Shown here in pieces: positions 27,473 through 38,417 of a stretch of 64,000 bases of DNA. The notes beneath the pieces were generated by a model. The model ran no database searches and was not told the DNA's origin. It saw only the letters and a list, made by a program, of their open reading frames with translations. This stretch comes from Auanema rhodensis (Eukaryota > Animalia > Nematoda). How positions within the stretch are numbered: the first letter of the stretch is position 1; the number at the start of each line of letters is the position of its first letter. Made by a program: the position numbers and the translations under genes. The stretch spans positions 11,656,001 through 11,720,000 of the forward strand of contig OZ059899.1 in NCBI GenBank assembly GCA_964057225.1. Direction: 5' to 3'.

Positions 27473-28128
27473 TTTTGAAAAATTTTTCAAATATGAATCA
27501 ACCGGAATCGAAGAAAAATAATTGAAAATGAAAAAATGATTTTCACGTATAGTTCACGTAAAAGTCAATTCCTTATTGTATTTTACCTGATAAAGGAGTC
27601 GTAACCCCTCAATAACTATTTGTATAATTATTCTAATTACTATAAAGAACATTATAAAAACTTAAAACTTAAAAGAGTAATATAAAATTAAAAAGAAGTT
27701 AATTGAGTTAATATTATATATATATACATATATGTACATATATATTATATATTTTAAATATTTTTAATTATACAGTTATATTAAATTATATATTTTATAT
27801 GAAATGATCAAAATAATTTGTGAGTTTTCATCGTTTATTATTTATTAGAATATGATGTATGTTTCACTTTTTTATTAAATCTCGTTACTTTTACATAAGA
27901 GTTGATCAACGGCATAGTAATTTGGGAATATTATATGAAATCAATATAACTATATAAACTAATTAAGTAATTAATTAACCATATACACATAGTTAATAAT
28001 TGTAATCTTAAATATTTAAATGGTATATGTGAATCATTAATAGAAATGATGAAATAAGATAATCTTAAACAATCTTTAAACTATTTTTTTTTAAATATAT
28101 AAAGATATATATGTATTTTTTATATTTT

Positions 28129-28160
<32 letters not shown>

Positions 28161-28381
28161 TATTTCATATATTCTTGTATTATCTTTATTACATTTCATA
28201 TAATTTTGTTAAATAAATTACTTACAAGTAAACTAATTTAATCCACCAATTCGTGAATTCTAATCAAAATTTGATTTTCATTTCTCAGTGGGCGTAACTA
28301 TTTTTCATTCCACAGCCAACTTGGCTCTGAAAAAACTTTTTTTTCTAAACTTCCTCTCTTTCAATAATATTTTTCTTTAAA

Positions 28382-28419
<38 letters not shown>

Positions 28420-28781
28420 AAAATAAGATATATATATATATATATATATATGTTATACAATATTATAACTAAAATTTAATCACCTGTTTGTAATAAGAGT
28501 ATATTTGAAAAAAGTTTTTTTTTGTTTCAAAACGAATCAAATCTCATAAATTATTCTGCTAAAATTTGACGAAGCCTTTACACCTACTGATGCTTCGACG
28601 TAGCTATCTTAATACACATATCTCCATATTTAACTAACTATATGTATATGTTTATAATATATGAATTGAATGAAAATTAATTGATGAAACCCTTAAATAG
28701 ATTATTTCAATTGTTATCAATCTTTGACTATCTTTAAGCATTTTGACAACATGTATCTGACACCACTTTTGTTCCCTGTAA

Positions 28782-28795
28782 GTCGTCATGACAAC
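28782..28795. promoter_or_regulatory. RFX/DAF-19 X-box
   Basis: GTCGTCATGACAAC fits GTHNYY-AT-RRNAAC exactly; 1.8 kb upstream of the DCX/PLAT gene. Confidence 0.55.
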
Positions 28796-30627
28796 CGTTC
28801 ATCGTTGTCGTCGTCCTCGCTGTTCTTTTGCTGTCGCAGGCTTTGTAATGCTAATCAGAAGAATGAACAGACGGAATATAAGACATAACTTTCAGTAGTG
28901 CCAATCCCATTATTTCGAGTATTTGAGTTCTGAATCAACAGCATTTCAATTTTTTCTTATAAATTTCTTATTTAATTCACTATAACACTAACTATATATA
29001 TATATAGTTAAGTTTATAGTTAAATATAAAATAATTTTAATTTGAACAATCATATCATATTCTATTTCTTTAATATTATTATTATTTCTTTTAATTATTA
29101 TATATTATATATAATTATTATTATCATAAATAAACTTTGTTTTGTATTCTCTTATTAGTTAATTATGTGAATTTTTTTGAAATCTAAACAAATCTGTTGA
29201 AATTGGATTTCATAAGAAATTAAGAGATCAATTCTATTTTTAATATTAGATCGTCCAATTAAAACGTTTCCTATGCATCCTCTAAAAACTTAAAAAAAAC
29301 ATAAAATTGCAAAAATTTGAATTTTTTTTAATAATTTCCCTGATTATCTATCACTTTATTCATCCTTTTTTCCAAGTTTTTAACTCTTTTCCTGAAAAAT
29401 GTTTTAGGTTTAAAATCAAAAACAATTTCTTATAAAATTTCAACTTTGTGCATTGTTTTGAAAGTTCGACTCCGCTAGATCTGGAGAACAGGGACGGTGC
29501 TTCAAAACGTCTCAACCTAACTCCAGAAGCGTCTCTTGCGCTTTCGCACAACAGTGTAGGAGCGCGTTGTCATGCAACAACGCTATGCTCCTATTTCTGA
29601 GCTCCTCTTTGGCTTCAATGGCAACATGAAGCCGTCTGAGGTGCTCAGATTAGTATTCCCCATTTATGATTTTTCATAAGGAAAAATCTTACACCGTTTA
29701 CATTCCAGAAAACGGAGGGCAGCGCCTATGTAGGAGTTGCACCGGGTCTCTGACGATCTCCGAGATTCATCTCGCCGGTTTTGAAGCAGGCAACCCACTT
29801 CTTACATGTGCTGTAAGCTGGGGAAGATTCTCCATAAACAGTTTTTATTTTGTGTCATGTTTCTTTAGCAGAAACACCATTGTGACGTGGCGTAGACGAA
29901 TAAGAACAAGACGAAAAAAGAAGAGAGCAAAGAAGTCAAACAAGCTTTTCAGACGAATGAGCGGAGATTAATTAAAAATATTATTTTGTATTCTTTTAAA
30001 TATATTTTAATAAAATATATTTATTTTTATTTGTAAAATTTTTGAAAATTTAACATAATTTTTAAAAAAAAGTTAATAGAGGGCCAAGTTTCAATTGGTC
30101 GACCTAATATATTATAATATATATATATATTTGGATATATAAATATAATATATAAGTAAGTAGGTAGATAAGTATATCCTTTCAAAAAATAAGTGTATGA
30201 TTTTTTATATTTTAATTTGTTTTTGTCTTTCTCAAATATACAGAAAAAAAAATTGATTTCAAATCTTTAAACTATATTTTTTATAATTTATATTTATTAC
30301 TATATTACTCATATATATATATATATATATATTGTATAGAAACTATGTTTTAAATATTTTATTAGAATATAGTTTATATATTCTTTTTATATTTTATCTT
30401 TTTTTATCTTATAAATTTATTTTTTTTTCAAAATATTATATTCATAATGAAATATACACATATGGATATCGTCATACAGCTTATCATATCCTCTGCGAAT
30501 TTTTCACAACTTTTATATAATTTTATCTCTTGAAACTTTCTTTATATCTCATTACTTATTTGTTTAATTTATTATTTATTGTTGTTGTTGTTGTTGTTGT
30601 TTTCTTTCTCTTTTTAGATTTTTTGAA

Positions 30628-31031
30628 ATGCGAATAGCAACTCCACAAACTATGAATCTTCAAACAAGGGAATCAACTAGTGTAAGTTAAGAATTCTAAT
30701 GTTTTTCATCTATTTTTCATTTAAAAAAATAAAAATTATAATATTATTATTAAAGAAAAATTATTTTTTTCTCTTTTGTAAAGAATATCTTAAACAATGA
30801 AATGAAAAAAAACTTTTTATTTTCAATAGAACGCATACATGTATGCATGTAGATGAATATCATATGTATGTATGTATGTATCTCTATGTTTTTCATATTT
30901 ATTTCTGTGATTGAGAGTATTATGAATGAATGAAATCATTAAAAATATATTTATAAAGATAACTATATGTATACATACATACATATGTATATCTAAACAA
31001 TCAAATATCATATCTCTCTCTCTCTTTCTCT

Positions 31032-31078
<47 letters not shown>

Positions 31079-34000
31079 ATTCTTTTTTGATGTTTCTATA
31101 TGAATTAGAGTTTATTTGATGAAAAAAGAAAAATATATGAATAGTATTCTTCGTTTTGAGCTTAATTCAATCATTTCCCGTGTTCGTTATCTGGCAGTTA
31201 ATTTAATATCATTTCTGCACGTTCACCAAAACTCTCAGTTCTCTTATATCAAGTTTACCATATAATATTTTTCTATTTTTTATAAAAATATATATAATAA
31301 ACATGCTTAACTATATATATTTGTAAATAATTATATTTATAATTATTTAAATGTTTTTCAATAATTTAAATTTATAGTTTAAACAAAATTCACTGATATT
31401 CTCCTTTTTATGGATTCTATTCATGAGATGATTTCCGGATGGAAGTCATACTAGTGCTTACGTCATGATCATCATATCTTCTTTCTATATTAACATTTGA
31501 TAGATAGATAGATATATATAATATTTTATAATAGTTAACTAACTATATCATATAATATATGAAAACTAAATACATAATACTCCTTATATCGTCCTATAGT
31601 TCGATAATCTTATTTGTTTCAATGGCTTCCTTTATCAACATGTAGATACATAGATGTATCTACATACAAATAAGGATTCATACATTCATCTATTCACAAG
31701 TTATATTCATTTTTCTTTAATTTATAATATTATATGTTATTTATAATAATTTTGACATTTTTATTTTATATTATTACAACAAAAAAAATCTTCAAATCAT
31801 AGATTATAACAAAGTTTATAACATTTCATTCATTTTTCCCATCAAAACTTAGATTCTTGTAACTTTTTCCGAAACTTTTTTTTCTCCAAAACTTACATAA
31901 CATTAGTTTGTACTTAATCTAAAATCAAAAAGTTTCTTTTTATTACAAAAACTTTTTTTTAATAAAAAGAAACTTTCTAACCTCAATTTTTAATAAAATT
32001 TAACGGAAATAAAAATATTAATTTATATAATATTTATATATAAATATATAAATATTATTAAATTTTAAGATATAACATTTACAAATTATCTTTGCAAAAT
32101 GTTTTGCAAAGGCATTTCAACTATTTTTCTTCTTCCTTTTTTTTTTAAATAATATATAGTATAATATACTATATCATATAATATATCAAGTATATTATAA
32201 TTTTTTTTGATTAAAAAATATTTATATATAATATATTTTATCTATAATAATATTGTATTGATTATAATTATATCTATTAAATAGATCTTCATCAAATATT
32301 TTAAAATTTAATTAAATTAATTTTAAATTATAATTTTTATTAATAATAATATATATTTATTATTTTGATTATTATAGAGCTCTATGAGGTCTTTAATGCT
32401 ACCAAATGTGCCAGTTCAGCCAACTAATGGCATGATAAGAACATATGAAAATCAATCAAGAACATTTACTCGACCATATTCAGCTAAAACTGTATTTTTC
32501 TATAAAGAAGGTGACGAATATTTCTCTGTAAGTTTATTTATTTTATTTATTAAAATAAATTAAATTAATGTATATATGATGTGAAAAATTGAATAAAATA
32601 ACGTTTATGAAGTATGATAACGAAAGATAGTAGGAAATGAGGGTTAGTGTGAGAAATTCAAGTTGAATAAAGAGAAATGGAATCATATACATATACGTAC
32701 TTAAAGAGATCATACAAAATATAGAGAGAGAGAGAGAGAGACAGAGAGAGACAGACAGAGAGAGAGAGAGAGAGAGAAGAGTATCAGATGGAGAGACATG
32801 TGAACAAGTCGAAAATTGATTAAAGAAATACATGAGTATAAAAGAATAGAAGATTGAAGCTGATGAAAAAGAAAAACTAAGCTTTTTGTTGCCGGGGTAA
32901 CAGGAAAACTAGAAATTATCTTAATTTTCATTTATTTCTCATATATATTCCATAAAAATAAATTAGAAATCATGTGATTCAATGTCAAATACATTGAAAT
33001 GTATTCAAAATAGAATATCATATATAAAAGACAAAAAAAAAGGAAGTTGAAAGTAAAATAAATAAGAATATAAATATATAATTCTATATAGAAATATAAG
33101 ATTTCAAATTCTTAGAAGAATATGTATATGAACATTGATTTGAAACAGCTGCATTCTTGAAGTCTTTCAGGGAATTCGTGTTCCAGTATCAAAGCAACGC
33201 TATCGCACAATCGATAGCTTATTGGATGATTTAAACAGAAATATTCAGGTAAATTAAGATTAATACTATCATGTTATAGTTAAATTTCAAATTAATTTCT
33301 CTTCAAAAGGCTATTTTAGATGCCTTTTGGTGTTCGACGCTTAACAACTCCTATGGGACGAACGCCAATTGAAACAGTAGATCAATTAGAACATCTTGGA
33401 AAGTAAGTATATATTTTATTTTTATAATTATTATATTTCAAATATATATATAGTATATATAGTATATAATACTTTTTTTCTAATTAAAAAATTTGATTTT
33501 TATAAATATAATTACATGAGAAATTCGTTTGTCTGACTTTTTCTCGTCATATTATGATGTAAACTTTTAGTTTTTCTTTCCCTAAATCATATGTATAATT
33601 TCTTTTTTTTTTCTTCATTTTCTTTCATTATATTGATTATATATTTTGTATATTATAGTTAGATATATACATATAGTTAGACTACTACTAAACGAGATTA
33701 CTGTAACATTAAAGATTCTACTAATATTTTTGATTATTCCGCCCCTTCTATCTCTTTCATTCATTCAAATCATTACTATTCTTACTCTTCTCTTCATCTC
33801 AAAGCCTAACTGTGTTTGTTTGAACAAAGTTTTCGTTCAAACTTTAGTAGCATTTTCTTGGAAAATGCTTTTACCTCCAATTTCTCAAGCATGTTCATCA
33901 ATACATACTTATTCAAAATCTAATTTTATTGAAACAACATCAATTCATAATAATAATAATAATAATAATGAAACATCATATTCATTATCATATAAACCTA

Positions 34001-34128
34001 TTTATCCATATTCTAAACGACTTCAAAGGATATATGCTTTAGCTATACCTAAATATACACATAGGTAAATATATTTATATTTATATTATTATTATTAATT
34101 TAATTAATTTTTAAAATATAAAAGTTTA

Positions 34129-34180
<52 letters not shown>

Positions 34181-34206
34181 CTATTTCTATATATAGTATA
34201 TAGTAA

Positions 34207-34237
<31 letters not shown>

Positions 34238-34576
34238 CTATTCAAAACTTAAAAATGTAATTTTTTGATTTCTTCTATTACTACTTACTATTATTTCTAA
34301 TATTTCAAATATTATAATTATTAAATAGTAGTATATGCTATAGATCACATATTACTAACTATATATACTAACTATACTAACTATACTATATAATATAATT
34401 TATAATATATTTTCTTTAATAATAATAATAATAATACATAGTTAAGCTATATACTATGCATAGTATGTATGTAATATATAAAATTTTAAAAAAATATCTT
34501 CTATGATACAAATAATTTTCATTTTTAATTAAATATAATTATAATACCTCATTTTACGTATATTAATTAAAAAATA

Positions 34577-34612
<36 letters not shown>

Positions 34613-37600
34613 ATATTATAATTATTTAATTATATCATATAATATATATTATAGTTAATTTGATTTTTCCTCTTTTCTTTCACTTTTTTTTTCAGATACG
34701 TTGCTTCTTCTTCAAAATATTCACGTGGAATTAATTTGTCAGCATTAGAAAGACTTAAAAAGGCACGTATGCTAGCTGAGGAAAATCTCCGTAAAGAGCG
34801 TTCTGGTGGTCAATCATTCTGGGTCTGTTTACAGCACAACAAACAAACAAACAAACAAACACATTATACACTCTGATTTATGTTTATTTTGATTAATTAT
34901 GATGTCATTAAGAATATTTTAGATATTTAACTATACTAAATTATGACGTCATTTTTTAAATGTGTGCTGCTTCTACTTCTTTTCCATAAATTTGATCTTA
35001 AAACCATTTTTGTAGCCAATTTTTACTGTTTTATATTATAATTTAAATTAATACTATAAATATATTTGTATATAGTATATATATATATAGTATATAGTAT
35101 ATATATTATAATAATTTATATTATTTTTAAATTCTATAATTTACATAAATTGGCATGTATATACGAATATGTGAATGTATATGTGTGTGTGTGTGTTGCT
35201 TATATCAGATAGCTGGATAGTTGATTGATTGCTGTGATCACTCTTGTTTCAATTTTTTTTTATTTTTTTACAAGAAAAAAAACTTTTTTTTTTCTCTTTT
35301 TTGTGATATTAACTAATAAAATAGTTATAGATACCAACATCACCATCGTATAAAGCAAAACTTCGATTATCACGAACACTTGGATTCAATGTAATGCCTT
35401 CAAAGCAGGTAATATAGTAATATAATCAATATTAACTATATTAATTATTATTATTATTACTGTAATTTTAGATTTTTTTTGTTTTAAATGGTAAAATGGA
35501 TATATATAGAACATTATTAAATCCTCTACGATTACCAACAATGGAGCAGTTATTAGCAGAAGTTAGTGATGGATTGCAGGTAACATAACATAGCATTTTA
35601 CATATAATATCTTTATTATAATAAAATATAAATGTTAAGGTTGCTATATTTCGATTTTATACAACAGATGGCTTAAGAATATTGAATGTATCTGATATGA
35701 TATCTATTAATCCTCCAAAAATCTATGCGTGTACTCGAAATGAAAAGTTAAATCTGCGACATGATTTAGAGCTGCCATCTATAAACAATGGCAAATATTA
35801 TAATCGCTATAAGAGTGGAACAGGTTGAAATATCATATAGATTATACAGATTATGTATATATATTTATTAATTTTAGAAACATCATCATCTGGAGGTAAT
35901 AATGGTATTGAAAAGCCACGAAGATTTGAAAGCGCTTTACGACGTAATACTAGAAAACGGACTGGCGCTCCTGTTCGACGATTTCCGCGAACATTACCAT
36001 GTTGGAATCTTTACATTGGGATTTTAACTATATATGTATAATTATTTTTTAGCTATAAATGCTTCACAAATAGATCATCGATCCATTGCTCAGAAACGAG
36101 CTTCTTCCATTCCGGATGAGACGGATTCGGGAAAAGCAAATTCGATCAGCAGCAGACAAACTGATAATTCAAGAACAGAAGATGAAGACATATATGCTGC
36201 TGGATCTTCGGTTGTTCCATTAAAAGTAAAAAATATTTTTTTCTATAACTTATATGATATACATTTAGTTAGATATGCTTATATATAGTATATAAATGTA
36301 ACTGGAGCTATATTTAGGTTCGAAAACCAGCAACAAGAGTAGGAGGATTATCACGAATTCCTAATCCAATAGATAAAAGAAAACAGATTAATCCACCACA
36401 AAATACTGCCAGTACCGTGTCTACTTCAACAAACAAAGCTATAGCAGCTGCAACATCAGGAGTAGCAGCAGTAGTTGCTATCTCAAAGAGTTCTGAATCC
36501 AAATTAGAAGAGGAAGAAGAACGAGAAGATATAATTAATGAAGGAATTGAAGGTAAAATCATTAGAAGACTACTCATTGTCTTCTACTATTTCCATTATT
36601 CAGATGGCTCCGGCGATGAAGACGTCAAAGAAGTTATGGAAACAGATGAGAAAGAGAATGAAAATCATATAGCAACAAATACCAAAGATGATGGGAATGA
36701 TACGGATCAGAGTGAAGAGTTGAATACAACTGATAAAGCTGAAATGATTCGACAGGAAAGTCAACTGAGTCAAGCAACTGACATTGAACAAGATTTGGTT
36801 ATGACTGATGATAGTCGACCATCTAGTTCAACCAACAAACCACATGATATACTAGGTAATCGAATATATAATGAGCATAATAAGCTTTTCAAATATCAAA
36901 ATTTTAGAAGAAGATCTTATAAAAGATGAAGAAGATGATGAAATAACTTTGAAGCCTTCAAATGAAAAAATGGATTTAGCTGAAAACGTATAGAAAAGAA
37001 ATTATTTGATCACTTATTGTTTTCATTTTAGGATAAGAAAAGTTATGAAGAAGCTGAAGATAACGAAGAAATGACAACAATTGAAGAGGAAAGCGAAGTC
37101 ATAACTGAAAAATTGGTTGAAGCTGAGGCTACAGACAACACAGGAGTTGAAGCTCAAGAAGAAGGAGAGATAGATGCTAAGGAGACAACCCAGGAGCCCG
37201 AAGAAGTTTGATATACATACGATATGAAACATACATAAAGGCAATTCAGGATAAATCTCTAGGTGATCGTCAAAACCAAGCTGCAACTGCTATACAAGCA
37301 GCGTTTAGGGGATATAACACTCGAAAATTGTTAAAACCAAGTAAGATACTTAATATAATTTCTTATATAATTAATGAAAAGTTTCAAAAAATGCTGATGT
37401 AGTTAATGAAATAGAGATGCACGATGACTTACCAGCATTAGTTGATGATGAGCCAGCAGATATGAAAGGTTTGAAATTGAATTTATGTATGTATTAGGCT
37501 TGAGAAAATTCTAAAAAATTGTCGACCGTTTGTTGGATTTTGAGAGAAATTAAGCATTTTCCGAATAAGGCGAAATGCAAAAACACACCAATTCTAACAT

Positions 37601-38379
37601 TTCAATTCTAAAATTTGTGAAAATTCTTCAAATTTTCTGAGAAATACGAATAACCAACTGAACTCTGATGTATATTTATATAATTAATATTATATAATAG
37701 TTATAGATCAAGAATTAGATGAGGAACAAACAAATAAAACTCCACCTGATTCAGCTCAAAAAAGTTTGTTATTACATATAGTTAATTATATAATTTATTA
37801 TAATTATAGAATCAATGTATACAATACAAATCAATACTGGTAACCGTTGGGGTTCAGAAACTGAAGCTGATCTGCATATCATGTTGTATGGTGATGATGG
37901 GACTTCATCTAAACTGTCATTACAGCATGAAGTAAGTTTTCCATACGGTGAGCTCGGATATCCGGCAGCCGATGTTTGCATTGACGTAGAAGTACAATGA
38001 GTAGTATTACATGTTGTATATGTAAAGTTTTATGTAATATTCACGTAAAACTTGACGTAAATCCTAATGATGATGACGATGACGATGACGATGATGATGA
38101 TGTTGTTGATCAGAATGAGATTTTTCTGAATTCTGTGTGCGTGTGTGTGACTTTCTGCAACATTTTCTTCAAAAAAACAACTCTTCATAGTCATATTACT
38201 TCATTGATTTTCTGTTGTTTGAACTTCTCTCTCTCTCTCCTTCTTAGATGTTCCACTGTTTGAAAGTAGTTTTTAGAAATTCTAGAACTTTTACCTTCTA
38301 ATAGCTTCTTTAGAATGCAATCTCATATCCATCTCTCTATTGATATTACGAATGTTGCTTAGTATACTTCTCACTCTTG

Positions 38380-38417
<38 letters not shown>

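Noticed and set aside
28701-28839. Plus-strand exon and intron (GTAAGT...GCAG)
   Set aside because: Splicing leads straight into a stop, neighbouring islands carry minus-strand splice signals, and the X-box explains part of the sequence. Not excluded as a non-coding exon.
31640-31665. Perfect 12-bp inverted repeat ATGTAGATACAT-AG-ATGTATCTACAT
   Set aside because: An isolated near-palindrome in TA/CA-rich sequence with no TIR/TSD context; probably a template-switch product.
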